56,813 nt of DNA from Thermodesulfobacteriota bacterium (GCA_049320885.1 JBMORA010000053.1:1-56813); one strand, 5' to 3'. Shown: positions 29,017 to 39,610, counted from the first letter of the stretch. A program made the numbers and translations. The notes: generated by a model not told the origin, from the letters alone.

Positions 29017-29742
29017 ATGGAGATTATCAGCGGAATTGCCTATAACTGGAGAGGATTGCTGTTGGGTTTGAGGACTCCGAAGCTGCTGGTTCTTGGATTT
29101 GTGCGCTTGGCCGCGGTACTCGGCCTTACGATCCTGGCCGCAAGCCTGATTCTGGCATATCATGAGCAACTGATGGGTATGATCTGGAGTCGTCCGCAAA
29201 GCGCCTATATTCTGTGGCTGTGGGTGATATTGTCCTGGTTGCTTTCCCTGCTTCTGATCAGTCTTTCCGCTGTCGGCGCTTACCTTGCAGCTCAGATTCT
29301 GTTCAGCGTGTTGATCATGGATATGATGGCGAGGATCACCGAGCGGATGGTGACGGGAACGGTGGGGAATTCAGAAGGGCTGCCGTTGACGGCTCAATTC
29401 TTTTTTTTGATTCGGCAGGAAGTGCCCCGGACGGTTATTCCCCTGGTATTCACCATGTTCCTGATGCTGCTGGGTTGGCTGACCCCTCTGGGGCCGGTCA
29501 TCGCGGTGGTGACGGCAATGGTTACAATTGTTTTTCTGGCCTGGGATAACACGGATGTAATCCCTGCCCGAAGATGTGAACCCTTCGGGCAGCGTTTTCG
29601 GTTTCTGTTGGGGCATCTGGGCTTTCACCTGGGGTTCGGCCTGTGGTTTCTCGTTCCGCTGGTGAACATCCTTTTTCTTTCTTTTGCACCGGTGGGGGCC
29701 GCTTTGTACCATATTGAAAAAAAACCGGTTACGGCGGGCTGA
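29017..29742 (+). CDS. EI24/CysZ-like membrane protein
   Basis: Several TM helices; LAWDNTD..P..GFG..P..N..P.APVGA pattern. Confidence 0.7.
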   Translation: MEIISGIAYNWRGLLLGLRTPKLLVLGFVRLAAVLGLTILAASLILAYHEQLMGMIWSRPQSAYILWLWVILSWLLSLLLISLSAVGAYLAAQILFSVLIMDMMARITERMVTGTVGNSEGLPLTAQFFFLIRQEVPRTVIPLVFTMFLMLLGWLTPLGPVIAVVTAMVTIVFLAWDNTDVIPARRCEPFGQRFRFLLGHLGFHLGFGLWFLVPLVNILFLSFAPVGAALYHIEKKPVTAG

Positions 29743-30649
29743 TGTCGGCTTCCGGCCGGAATCCGTTATGATAACGGAGGATCGATCGCTTAAGGGCTGT
29801 TTCCAGTGCCGCAGGATCGTATCCCCATTCAAACGCCTTCCGGCTGTCCAGTGAAACATCCGCCGGGCGGGGGGAGGGCGGGGAAACCTCGTTGCGGCGG
29901 ATACCGGTTATCCGGGCGCTTTTTGCGTCCAGCAGGGTTTCGATCAGGCGGCCCATTTCATACCGCGAGATCCTTTTTTTCCCTCCCAGATGAACAACGG
30001 CGCCCCGCCAATTCGTGGCGGCCAGCAAAAGACCCTCGGCCGCGCTCCAGGCATCGACGGGGGTGCGGTATTCATCGGTGAAAAGCGTCAAAGGCCGTCC
30101 TTCCTCAATGGCCCGGATCATCTGCTCCGTAAAGGTGCGCGTGACGCCGCCCGAGTATCCAAAGAGCAATGGCAGCCGGCAGATGACGGTAGCGGGATAC
30201 CGTTGCCGGATCTCCTCTTCCGCCCGCAGTTTCTGTTCCCCATACACGTTGATCGGATGGGCGGGACTGTTTTCCGAATAGGGCGGGTGATCGCCGTCGA
30301 AAACCAGGTCGGTCGACGTGAAGACAAAAGGAATGTTTTTCGCAGCGCACTGGTCGGCCAATGTCGCGCTTGCCTCCACGTTGATTCTGAAAGACAAGCG
30401 CGGATGTTGCTGGCAGAAATCCGGTTTTGATGCGGCGGCCGCATGAATGACGGCATCCGGCGCGGCGAGGCGGAAGGCGGTTTCCAGCTCGCGAAAATTC
30501 ATCAGATCCGCCTTGAGCGGTCGAACACCGGCAATCGGTATCTCCTGCCGGTGCCAGATACCAAACACCTCCCAATGAGGAAGCGCCAGCCGGCAAAGAC
30601 TCCAGCCCAAAAAACCGCTTGCGCCCGTGAGCAATAGTTTTTTTTTCAT
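29729..30649 (-). CDS. RmlD-like NAD(P)-dependent oxidoreductase
   Basis: TGASGFLG, STDLVFDG, YGEQK, DEYRTP. Confidence 0.88.
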   Translation of the reverse strand: MKKKLLLTGASGFLGWSLCRLALPHWEVFGIWHRQEIPIAGVRPLKADLMNFRELETAFRLAAPDAVIHAAAASKPDFCQQHPRLSFRINVEASATLADQCAAKNIPFVFTSTDLVFDGDHPPYSENSPAHPINVYGEQKLRAEEEIRQRYPATVICRLPLLFGYSGGVTRTFTEQMIRAIEEGRPLTLFTDEYRTPVDAWSAAEGLLLAATNWRGAVVHLGGKKRISRYEMGRLIETLLDAKSARITGIRRNEVSPPSPRPADVSLDSRKAFEWGYDPAALETALKRSILRYHNGFRPEADISPP

Positions 30650-30668
30650 GGCGCCGGGCTCCTGGTGG

Positions 30669-32237
30669 TCATCCAGGCGCCCCTCCACACCGGTCACCGC
30701 TTAACATGTCGCGGAGGGTATTGGATAACATGTTTATATTGAATGGTTTTTGGATAAAAACGTAATCGCCTCCCGCCATCAGGTCCATGCCCTGTTCACC
30801 GATCCCATATCCGCTGGATAAGAGGATTTTCATTTCAGGAGCCTGGTTTTTCAAAGCCTTGATGGTCTCCGCCGCGCTTAGATCCGGCAAGGCGACGTCC
30901 AGAATGATCAGATCGATGAGGTCCTTTTGGGCGGTCAGAAGTCGGACCGCTTCCCGGCCGGTGCCGGCGGATACGACATCGTAACCGATGACTTCCAGCA
31001 TTTCCTCACCGACTTCCCGCACGGACGCTTCGTCATCCACCAGCAGGATCATGGGCCGTTCCTTTCCCGCCGGATTGCCGGATTTGATGCCCACCGGTTG
31101 GCAATGCTCGGCGGCCGGTAGATGAATTTGGAAAGCCGATCCCCGGCCTTTGGCGCTGCTGACCGATATCCGGCCCTTGTGGTTTTTGATGATTCCATAC
31201 GTGGAAGCCAGTCCCAAACCGGTTCCCCTGCCCATTTCCTTGGTGGTGAAAAACGGTTCGAAAATCCGTTCCATGACTTCCTTGTCCATTCCGACTCCGG
31301 TGTCGATGACGCTGATCTCGACATACCGCCCGGGCGGCAGTTTCCAGGCTCCGGCCAATTCGGGTTCCAGCTGAAGATTTCTGGTTCGAACCGTCATTTC
31401 GCCACGGTCGGGCATGGCGTGCGCGGCATTGATGTACAGATTGAGCATGACCTGTTCGATCTGGCCCCGATCCACCTCCACCGGCCATAGATTGTTCTGG
31501 AAATCTTCATGGATCAGAATGTCCTTGCGGGTTCTGGTGATCATTTTCAGGCTCTTTACCAGGATTTCGTTGAGACATGTCCGCTTGACTTCATATTTTC
31601 CTCCCATGGCGAAACCCAGTAATTGTTTTGTCAGATCAGCGCCGTTCTGGATCAGGTCCTCAATCCGTTTGAGCTTTTCATAATTGGAGTGACCCGGCTC
31701 CATCCGCATTTTCATGATGGATACGTTACCCTGAATGCTGGTCAAGAGGTTATTGAAGTCATGGGCGATTCCACCCGCCAAGGTTCCGATGGCCTCCATT
31801 CGGAGGGATTGCTGAAGTTGTTTTTCAAGCAGCCGCCGTTCCTGCTCCAGTTTCCATTTATGGGTGTTGTCTCTCACGATCCCCTGGAAACCCATCGGCC
31901 GGCCCTGGTCGTCGGTGATCAGGTAAGTGGAAAGCTCAAAAAACAAGGACTCCTTGGATTCCCTCAGGATTTCATACTCGGCGATTTTTGCCGGTTTGCC
32001 TGTCCGGAATACCTGGTTGAAGGTCTGATACATTTTGCGGGCGGTTTCCGGGCTAGTGTATTCCCGATTGTTCATCCCGATCAACCGTTCCCTCGGCAGG
32101 CCGGTTATTCGGCAAAGCGCGTCATTGCAAAAGGTCAGGTTTCCGGCCAGATCCACTTCAAAATAACCTTCGTCAATGGCTTCCAGAATGGTTCGATATC
32201 TTCTTTCGCTTTCCGAAAGGACGTTTTCACGCGGCAT
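30669..32237 (-). CDS. PAS hybrid histidine kinase/receiver
   Basis: PAS domain, AGGIAHDFNN, PFFTTK..GTGLGL, C-terminal REC. Confidence 0.93.
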   Translation of the reverse strand: MPRENVLSESERRYRTILEAIDEGYFEVDLAGNLTFCNDALCRITGLPRERLIGMNNREYTSPETARKMYQTFNQVFRTGKPAKIAEYEILRESKESLFFELSTYLITDDQGRPMGFQGIVRDNTHKWKLEQERRLLEKQLQQSLRMEAIGTLAGGIAHDFNNLLTSIQGNVSIMKMRMEPGHSNYEKLKRIEDLIQNGADLTKQLLGFAMGGKYEVKRTCLNEILVKSLKMITRTRKDILIHEDFQNNLWPVEVDRGQIEQVMLNLYINAAHAMPDRGEMTVRTRNLQLEPELAGAWKLPPGRYVEISVIDTGVGMDKEVMERIFEPFFTTKEMGRGTGLGLASTYGIIKNHKGRISVSSAKGRGSAFQIHLPAAEHCQPVGIKSGNPAGKERPMILLVDDEASVREVGEEMLEVIGYDVVSAGTGREAVRLLTAQKDLIDLIILDVALPDLSAAETIKALKNQAPEMKILLSSGYGIGEQGMDLMAGGDYVFIQKPFNINMLSNTLRDMLSGDRCGGAPG

Positions 32238-32251
32238 TTGTTATCCGATTT

Positions 32252-32410
32252 TCATTCAACGATTTCGAAAAATTCTTTTTCCGCCCCGCATTTGGGACAG
32301 ACCCAATCGTCGGGCAGGTTTTCGAAAGGGGTCCCCGGTTGAATCCCGTTATCCACATCGCCTGTCTCCGGATCGTACACGTAACCGCAAGGGCATTCAT
32401 ATTTGTTCAT
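32252..32410 (-). CDS. Rubredoxin (52 aa, missing from ORF track)
   Basis: [47 protein letters not shown]. Confidence 0.93.
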   Translation of the reverse strand: MNKYECPCGYVYDPETGDVDNGIQPGTPFENLPDDWVCPKCGAEKEFFEIVE

Positions 32411-32665
32411 CTTTTCTCCTCAATTATGATCGAATGGAAACCATACTGTTTCGCCTCCATCTCATTCGCATAATCTGAATGATTTTTCAATAGAAAGCAA
32501 CATCCTGAAGTGATTAATAAAATATGGGAACATGGAATCCGCTGGATACAAGCGGGTTACGGGGTGCCTGTCGGATCGAACGACAGGTGTTTTCCTGCTT
32601 GACAATCATATCCGGATTCTACTAACAGCGGAGGCGGCGAAGGCCGGCGGAATTTTCGGTTTTTC

Positions 32666-33634
32666 ATGGAGTGGATCGTAATTATGGAAAAGAAACTGTA
32701 TGGCGGAAACGTAAAGGAACAGCATAAGGCCGCGGCCGAAGATCGGTTGTTTCATTTCGTGTTACAGGCAGGCCGGATCCGCGGTGTAATCGTCAAGGGC
32801 ATCAAAATGATCCGCGAAATGCGCGGCAGTCACCAACTCGGGATTCTGGAAACCATGGCCTTGGGACACGCGTATCTGGGGGCCGTTATGATGGCCGCCC
32901 ATTTGAAAGGAGATGAGCGACTGCAGATCCGGATCGACTGCTCGGGGCCGGCCAAGGGACTTGTGGTGGAGTCGAACGCCTTCGGCGAGGTCCGCGGATA
33001 TTTGAAGCAGGTTCCGATTCCCATCGCAGCGCCGTTGGAAGACTTTGATTTATCCCCTTTCCTGGGGGCCGGAACGCTGACCGTGACGAAATATCTGAAA
33101 AATGCGAAACAGCCGTATTCCGGACAGGTGCTTCTACAATACGGAAATATCGCACAGGATCTGGCCAATTATCTGCTTACCTCCGAACAAATTCCTTCCG
33201 CTTTATATTTGAGCGTCCAATTCAATCCGGCGGGAGAAATCGTTGGCGCGGGGGGGCTGCTCCTTCAGGCGTTGCCGGGAGCCGAAGAGAAAGCCGTGGA
33301 GGAGTTGGAAGGTCGCATCCGCGGAATTTCTTCACTGGGTAACGACCTCGCCGGGAAAAAACCGGACGATCTGATCCTCGATGTATTTCAACGCTTTTCC
33401 CCCAAGATGCTGGACAGCAAGCGGGTTGAATTCATGTGTCACTGCAGCCGGGAACGCCTCGGCCATTATCTCATGCTGCTGCCGGAAAAGGACCTGCAGG
33501 ACATCCGTCTCCACGGTCCTTTCCCGCTGGAGATGAGATGCCATTTCTGCAATTCGGTGTATGCATTCAGCGCCGGTGAAATCGAAGAAATCCACCGCCG
33601 GCATTGGAACCGGGAGCCCGATAAATCGGTATGA
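32666..33634 (+). CDS. hslO: Hsp33 redox-regulated chaperone (start may be 32684)
   Basis: SEQIPS, AGGLLLQALPGA, CHC..CHFC zinc motif. Confidence 0.9.
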   Translation: MEWIVIMEKKLYGGNVKEQHKAAAEDRLFHFVLQAGRIRGVIVKGIKMIREMRGSHQLGILETMALGHAYLGAVMMAAHLKGDERLQIRIDCSGPAKGLVVESNAFGEVRGYLKQVPIPIAAPLEDFDLSPFLGAGTLTVTKYLKNAKQPYSGQVLLQYGNIAQDLANYLLTSEQIPSALYLSVQFNPAGEIVGAGGLLLQALPGAEEKAVEELEGRIRGISSLGNDLAGKKPDDLILDVFQRFSPKMLDSKRVEFMCHCSRERLGHYLMLLPEKDLQDIRLHGPFPLEMRCHFCNSVYAFSAGEIEEIHRRHWNREPDKSV

Positions 33635-33655
33635 TCCGGCTTCCGGGATACGGGT

Positions 33656-34132
33656 TCAACCGAACAGGAAGGAGTCGAGCGGACCTTTTGTTTCCTTGAC
33701 GCGGAATTCGACTCCCACTTGCCGTTCCGGGCGCATGGTCACCACTTTGGCTTCTTTTCTGATCAGGGATTTATCCGGATCGCTCAGATTGAACTTGATC
33801 CAAAGGGTGTCGCCAATCATCAAACCCGCCTGGTCTGCGTGCGGTTTGAACCGCAGACCCGAGAGGGATAATTCCGTTACCACAATGGGTATTTTTTCGA
33901 TTCGTTTCCCTTGCCGATATCGGCTGTAAATGCCCGGCAGCGTGGTTTCCTTTCTTTTATAGTGTCTCCTTTCGAGAAGGGCCGTCCGGGAAAACCCGCA
34001 TGCGCAATCGCAGGCCAGATGCACAATGGATTCCCGCTCCAGGTAGTCGGATACGGAAAGGGTCGTTAATCTGCCGCAAACGGGACAGAGAAAAGCGGCT
34101 TTGCCTTTGTATACATACAGTTTTTGATGCAT
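33656..34132 (-). CDS. PilZ-domain protein with N-terminal Cys-rich ribbon
   Basis: CPVC..CDCAC, then RxxxR and ELSLSG, VGVEF. Confidence 0.78.
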   Translation of the reverse strand: MHQKLYVYKGKAAFLCPVCGRLTTLSVSDYLERESIVHLACDCACGFSRTALLERRHYKRKETTLPGIYSRYRQGKRIEKIPIVVTELSLSGLRFKPHADQAGLMIGDTLWIKFNLSDPDKSLIRKEAKVVTMRPERQVGVEFRVKETKGPLDSFLFG

Positions 34133-34518
34133 GGCTCCGGTTCCTTATATTCCTGAATGTTGAGGATGCGACATGTGGGCGCTGGGTCGCGATGGCGCCC
34201 GTGATACCGTGAATGCCGGATCGGTGATATAAGAATTCGGATGCAACATCGTGGAGATCGGAACGGAGGTGGGAAAAACTGTCAACGTGCTTACTATGAG
34301 GAACGGAAAAAAGTCAAAGAAAAAATGAATTCGTTCCTGGACATGAAAATAGGTGACGGTTCCCCGCTTCTAGCATATATTGTCCGCGACGGTTCGCCGT
34401 TCGCCGATGCGGAGGGCCGGAGGACAGGTCCGGCCTTTTCCACCGGCGATTGCCGCCGGGGGGGTCTCCGGCGCATGAGGGAAGGCATTCATGGCGAGGA
34501 AAGTGGGAAAAGACGGTA

Positions 34519-36096
34519 ATGGATGAGAGTGGACGCGTCCGGAAAGCCGCCGGCATCGTCGGGGCGGCGACACTGGTCAGCCGGATCCTCGGCTATGTCA
34601 GGGATATGGTGGTGGCCGCCTTTTTCGGCGCCGGGTATTACTCGGATGTATTCATCGCCGCGTTTCGCGTGCCGAATCTGATCCGCCGGTTGTTTGCGGA
34701 AGGTTCTCTCAGCATGGCGTTCATTCCGGTTTTTACGGAATACCTGGCGCTTCGGAACGAGAAGGAAGCCTTTGAACTGGCGCGCTCGGCCCTCCGGTTT
34801 TTAGCGCTTTTCATGGTATTGCTGGTGCTGCTGGGCGTCCTGTCGGCACCCCTGATTGTCAGGGGGATCGCTTTTGGATTCGCGGAATCAACGGGAAAGT
34901 TTGAATTGACGATCCTGTTGACCCGGATCATGTTTCCCTATGTCATCTGCATCTGTCTGGTGGCCCTCAGCATGGGGATTCTGAATGCCCTCGGACATTT
35001 CGCGGCGCCGGCGCTGGCGCCCGTCTTGCTGAATGTCGCCATGATCGGCGCCGTATATCTGGTTTCCTGTTTTTCAACGGACAGCACCATACGGGTTATC
35101 GGACTGGCGGTGGGAGTGGTTGCCGGTGGTTTGCTGCAACTCCTGCTTCAGGTGCCCTTTTTGATCCGCAACGGCATTTATTTCTGGCGGTGGGCACCGC
35201 TGATGCATCCTGGTTTGAGAAAGATCGGCCGGCTGCTGCTGCCGGCGGTTTTTGGTGCCGGCGTTTATCAGGTGAATGTCGTCATCAGTACTTTCTTGGC
35301 GAGCCTGCTGGCGGAAGGCAGCGTTTCCTATCTGTATTTTGCCGATCGCCTGGTCCAGTTCCCCATCGGCATTTTCGCCATTTCCATCGGAACAGCCTTG
35401 CTGCCGAGCCTGGCCAAACAGGCGCTCAGCGACGATTTCGAAGCCGTTTCCCGGACTTTTCGGGAGGCCCTTGCGCTGGTTTTTCATATTGTGCTGCCGT
35501 CCATGGTCGGCCTGGCCGTGCTGAGCGAACCGATCGTTGCGCTCTTGTTTCGGCGCGGCGCCTTTGACATGAGCTGCGTGGAAAAGACTTCCCAGGCCCT
35601 GATATGTTATTGCGCCGGTCTTTGGGCCATTGCGGCCGTCCGGATCGTCATTCCGGTTTTTTATTCCATCCAGGACACTTGGACACCGGTGAAAACCGGT
35701 TTTCTTTCCATGATCCTGAACACCGTCCTCGGTTTTCTGTGGATGCCGGTTTTGGGCCACGGGGGGCTGGCATTGGCGACCTCGGCCGCCTCCATTTTAA
35801 ACTTCGGTTTGTTGATGCATGCTTTTCGCAAACGGTTCGGCCCGTTCGGCGGCATGGGCCTGCTCAAATCCATCGGCCGGTCGGCCTTTTGCTCCGTGTT
35901 GATGGGATGGTTCGTCTGGCAAGGTTCCCGATGGTATGATTTGAAAAATTGCGGGAATTCAAAAGACCTCCTGGTGGGCATCGCCGGCGTTGTTTTTTTA
36001 GGAATTTCCCTTTACGCTGCGTTTTCACTTGTGTTAAAAAGTCCCGGGGGCGCTTCTTTTTATAACATGATGTTTCGGCGCGGAACAAGGGAATGA
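34519..36096 (+). CDS. murJ: Lipid II flippase MurJ
   Basis: SRILGYVRD, AFRVPNLIRRLFAEG, ADRLVQFP, GLALATS. Confidence 0.95.
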   Translation: MDESGRVRKAAGIVGAATLVSRILGYVRDMVVAAFFGAGYYSDVFIAAFRVPNLIRRLFAEGSLSMAFIPVFTEYLALRNEKEAFELARSALRFLALFMVLLVLLGVLSAPLIVRGIAFGFAESTGKFELTILLTRIMFPYVICICLVALSMGILNALGHFAAPALAPVLLNVAMIGAVYLVSCFSTDSTIRVIGLAVGVVAGGLLQLLLQVPFLIRNGIYFWRWAPLMHPGLRKIGRLLLPAVFGAGVYQVNVVISTFLASLLAEGSVSYLYFADRLVQFPIGIFAISIGTALLPSLAKQALSDDFEAVSRTFREALALVFHIVLPSMVGLAVLSEPIVALLFRRGAFDMSCVEKTSQALICYCAGLWAIAAVRIVIPVFYSIQDTWTPVKTGFLSMILNTVLGFLWMPVLGHGGLALATSAASILNFGLLMHAFRKRFGPFGGMGLLKSIGRSAFCSVLMGWFVWQGSRWYDLKNCGNSKDLLVGIAGVVFLGISLYAAFSLVLKSPGGASFYNMMFRRGTRE

Positions 36097-36392
36097 GTTT
36101 TAAGCAAAAAATCGCCATTGGAAGTGTGATCGCATTTTTGTGCTTTCTGTTGCTGATGATTTTCTTCGGCGACAACGGTTTTTTTGATGTGCTGCGGCTG
36201 AAAGAGGAAAAGGCCGTGCTGGCAGAAAAAAGCCGCCGGACGGAAGCGGAAAATGTCGAGCTTTATCGCACCATCAATCGGTTGAAACATGATCCCAAAT
36301 ATATCGAAAGCATCGCCAGAAAAGAATTGGGAATGGTCGGCCAGAATGAAGTGATTTTTAAATTCAAGGAGGAACGATCGGAAAATGAGTGA
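36093..36392 (+). CDS. ftsB: Septum formation initiator (FtsB/DivIC family)
   Basis: TM, GDNG, coiled coil, IESIARKELGMV..NE. Confidence 0.85.
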   Translation: MSFKQKIAIGSVIAFLCFLLLMIFFGDNGFFDVLRLKEEKAVLAEKSRRTEAENVELYRTINRLKHDPKYIESIARKELGMVGQNEVIFKFKEERSENE

Positions 36393-36705
36393 AGACCTTG
36401 AATTGGTTACGGTGTCCATGGCGAAAGTCTACGCCGATCAAGGTCGCGTGGAGAAGGCGGCCGACATCTACCGCCGTCTCCTTGCGCGCTCGCCGGAACG
36501 CCGGGATATTCTGGAGGCCCTTGAGGCGCTTCCGGGGGAAAAAACCGTCCGGGTGCCGGATGGCGATTCCCCGGCCGTCGGCGCGGCGACAAAAAACCAT
36601 TCCGGGGAGTTGCCCGGGCTGCTCGGCGAATGGGTCCGCTGGTTGATCCGATACGATCATATCCGCCGGTTGAAAAAAAAGGCGCTGTCGGGGAAGGACC
36701 TCTGA
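36385..36705 (+). CDS. Hypothetical protein with one TPR-like repeat
   Basis: TVSMAKVYADQG..A..IYRRLL..P. Confidence 0.7.
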   Translation: MSEDLELVTVSMAKVYADQGRVEKAADIYRRLLARSPERRDILEALEALPGEKTVRVPDGDSPAVGAATKNHSGELPGLLGEWVRWLIRYDHIRRLKKKALSGKDL

Positions 36706-36769
36706 GGTCGATTTTTTGTCATATTGACCGGCAGTCGACGTTGCAGGGCATTAAGGGGAGCTGAAGCGT

Positions 36770-38017
36770 TTGAAGAGAATTCTGATAGCCGACGATGATT
36801 CCGCCACCCGCGGCATGCTGTCCAGGATGCTCAAACCGTATGACGGCAGTCTTGAAATTTTGACCGCCGGCGACGGAAAGGAAGTCACCCGCTCTCTAGA
36901 AGGAAAGCAGATTGATCTGGTGGTGGCCGATCTCCAGTTGCCCCTGGCGGATGGCCGAGAATTGCCGGCCTACATCCAGGACCGGCATCCGGAAATGCCC
37001 ATGATCTTGATGACGGCCTTCGGCACGCCGGAACTCCGCAACCGGATTAAAGGCTTCACCCATGCGCGATATTTTGAAAAACCATTGAACATTGAAGAGA
37101 TCAGGGCCGCCATCCTGGAGATCATCGGTCCCGGCAGGGAGGGGCGCCTGAATACGGCTAGCTTGTCCGCCGCGCTTCAATCCGTGGCAATGGAACGGAG
37201 CAGCTGCACCTTGCTGGTGAAGTCTTCCGGTCGCAGCGGCGCCCTGTTTCTGATGAAAGGCGAACTGGTGGCCGCTGAAACGGAGACCCTGAGCGGGGAA
37301 GCTGCGGTTTACGAAATCCTGTGTTGGAAAAACCCCGCCATCGTGCAGGAGGCGGCTTCCGCGAAAAAAAACAGGGAGATCCATCAGCCGCTGGCGGCAG
37401 TGCTGACCGAAGGCCTGAAACGGCAGCAGGCAAAAGCAGGCCCTCCGGCTTTCGCTTCGCCGGCGGTGGCAGGTGGAAGGCGTCAACCGGTGCTCAAAAA
37501 GCCGGTTCGCGGAATGTCCCGGACAGAGGCCGGTGACTTGGAAAGACCTCAATTCGAAGAACCAGAACCCATGGCGGTTCGGAAGATCCTGGCACCGAAT
37601 CCCACTGATGGAACCAGCCGAATCCACCCGGCCCCGGTTCCCCCGCCCGCCGAAAAGAATGCGCGTCCGTTCACTTCCGGTGGCCCCCCTTCTCCTGGTG
37701 GTCCGTCGCTTGCAAAATTGGTGACTGTCCTGCGCAATACGGAAGGCATCCTCGGCTTCCGGATTTACGACGAGCAGGATGCGTTGAAAGCGGCATACGA
37801 TAAAAGCGGCGTCTGCGCCAGGTTCAAACCCGCGGTTTTTTGGAGCCAGGCGGACGGGATTCGAGCGGAAATCGGTGGTGGCAATTTGCAATTTCTTGTG
37901 ATAAGCACGAGAAAAGGTGTGAAATATACGATGGCCCAATACGGTGGCAGGAGAATCGTGATCGCCGCGCAACCTGGTTATAAAACAAGTGATTTGGCAA
38001 AAATGCTGGCGCATTGA
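36770..38017 (+). CDS. Response regulator: REC + DUF4388/PATAN-like + Pro-rich linker + roadblock-like C-terminus
   Basis: ILIADDD..ADLQLP..MTAFG..EKP; SL..LQ..ME..SC.L.V..G.L..GEL..A..GE.A..IL.W. Confidence 0.8.
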   Translation: MKRILIADDDSATRGMLSRMLKPYDGSLEILTAGDGKEVTRSLEGKQIDLVVADLQLPLADGRELPAYIQDRHPEMPMILMTAFGTPELRNRIKGFTHARYFEKPLNIEEIRAAILEIIGPGREGRLNTASLSAALQSVAMERSSCTLLVKSSGRSGALFLMKGELVAAETETLSGEAAVYEILCWKNPAIVQEAASAKKNREIHQPLAAVLTEGLKRQQAKAGPPAFASPAVAGGRRQPVLKKPVRGMSRTEAGDLERPQFEEPEPMAVRKILAPNPTDGTSRIHPAPVPPPAEKNARPFTSGGPPSPGGPSLAKLVTVLRNTEGILGFRIYDEQDALKAAYDKSGVCARFKPAVFWSQADGIRAEIGGGNLQFLVISTRKGVKYTMAQYGGRRIVIAAQPGYKTSDLAKMLAH

Positions 38018-38101
38018 GGCGGATGGTTCAGCCAGCCCGCAACGGGGGCGGGGAGCTGGGGCCAGGAAATCACATCCGCATTTTTACAGCAAGAGGGCAC
38101 A

Positions 38102-38767
38102 ATGGATCAGATCCTGAATGAGCTGCAAGCCGTTCCCGGGGTTATCGGCGCATTTGTTTTCCATACCCAAAACGGTATCCTCCATAAGGAGCTGCCGTCT
38201 GTTTTCAAGGATGCCAAGCTTCTGAAAATCGGTAAATCCCTGGTGAAGATATACGCCGCCGGTTGCATGGGTACTTCAGAACTATCCGAAATTTCAATTT
38301 TTTATGAAGAATCCATCCTTGTGGTGCGTCGAAAATCCAGCCGTGAATTCCTGGTCGTCCTGCTGGATCTTTCAGCCAATTTGAGCCTCGTATCCATGTC
38401 TCTGAACCTGATCATGGACGAATGGGCGGCCATACCTGAAAAAGAGCCGCTGCAACAACCGGAACGGAAACCGGTGGCAGTCGTCCAGCAATCCGCCGAC
38501 AATAATGGCTACACGCCGGAAGGAATGCTGCAGAGCGGTCCCCTGGCGGAATCGCTCCAGAACATGCAGCTTTCGCTCGCCAAGGTGGTGGGGCCCATCG
38601 CCAAAGTCATTTTTCGGGACGCTTTGAATGACTGGATCAAAACCGGGACCCCATCCATCGGCACCGTCGCCGACCTGATCGACATATTGCAAAAGGAAAT
38701 CAATGATCCTGAAAAATTTCGGGAGTATCGTCAACGGATCGCCGCGTATCTGGTAACCGCAAACTGA
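38102..38767 (+). CDS. Roadblock/LC7-like protein with helical C-terminal domain
   Basis: L..L..VPGVIGAFV N-terminus; LAKVVGPIAKVI C-domain. Confidence 0.65.
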   Translation: MDQILNELQAVPGVIGAFVFHTQNGILHKELPSVFKDAKLLKIGKSLVKIYAAGCMGTSELSEISIFYEESILVVRRKSSREFLVVLLDLSANLSLVSMSLNLIMDEWAAIPEKEPLQQPERKPVAVVQQSADNNGYTPEGMLQSGPLAESLQNMQLSLAKVVGPIAKVIFRDALNDWIKTGTPSIGTVADLIDILQKEINDPEKFREYRQRIAAYLVTAN

Positions 38768-38779
38768 AAAAGGATGTAA

Positions 38780-39142
38780 ATGGCGACGGTACAGGAAAGA
38801 TTCGCCGCTAAATTATTGGGCATCCGGGATGTAAAAGGATTTATTCTCGCGAGGAATGACGGGCAGGTGTTGATGCATCGGCTGAAATCCTGGCAGCCGG
38901 AAGCAGTGGCTTCCATGATGGTATTAAGCGGGATGGATTGCCAGCATATCCAACAGGCCATGGGGTTCTCCCATTTTGATTTTCTGCGGTTGACCCTGAG
39001 GAATGAGGAAAACCTGCTGGTGTTTCCGGTCCGGAATTATTTTTTGGGTATCCAGAGCGACGCAAACCGGTTCAATGCCAAATTCGCCGTAAAAATACGA
39101 AAATTCATCCAGGAGATCACCCGGCAGGCCCCCCGGCCTTGA
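38780..39142 (+). CDS. Roadblock/LC7-domain protein
   Basis: IRDVKGFILARNDGQVL; ~120 aa alpha/beta pattern. Confidence 0.65.
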   Translation: MATVQERFAAKLLGIRDVKGFILARNDGQVLMHRLKSWQPEAVASMMVLSGMDCQHIQQAMGFSHFDFLRLTLRNEENLLVFPVRNYFLGIQSDANRFNAKFAVKIRKFIQEITRQAPRP

Positions 39143-39175
39143 CTGCCGGATACCCCTATCAAGGCACCCCATCCG

Positions 39176-39592
39176 TTATGCCGGATCGGAATCGGATTGA
39201 CTCAATTTCGCCAGGCGCGAAGCCAGCTTTTCGCCCATGGCGATGAAATCTTCTTCCAGCAGCTTTAAATCGTTGATTCGCTCTCGGATATCCTTCAGCT
39301 TCTGGGTCCCGTAGGTCAGGCTTTTACGGATTTGATCCGCTTCATCCAGGTCGATGTCCGTTAAACCGATGATCTCCGCGATTTCCTCAAGGGAATATCC
39401 AAACCGCTTGCCCCGCAATATTTTTTTCAGCCGAATCCGGTCTCTTTCCGTATAAACCCGGTGATTCCCTTTGGTGCGTCCGGGTGAAATCAGTGATTTT
39501 TCCTCATAGAAGCGGATCGAGCGGGTGCTGATGTCGAATTCTTCCGCGAGCTCCGATATGGTATAGCTTTTTTCTTCCCGGTTATCCGTCAT
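39176..39592 (-). CDS. MerR-family regulator, LiuR-like
   Basis: YTISELAEEFDISTRSIRFYEEK, RLKKILRGKRFGYSL. Confidence 0.88.
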   Translation of the reverse strand: MTDNREEKSYTISELAEEFDISTRSIRFYEEKSLISPGRTKGNHRVYTERDRIRLKKILRGKRFGYSLEEIAEIIGLTDIDLDEADQIRKSLTYGTQKLKDIRERINDLKLLEEDFIAMGEKLASRLAKLSQSDSDPA

Positions 39593-39610
39593 GGCCGACC
39601 TCTGACTGTA

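Noticed and set aside
36896..38014. 372-aa minus-strand ORF (likewise 1410..2294, 10278..11195, 43260..44222)
   Set aside because: Antisense shadows of well-supported genes
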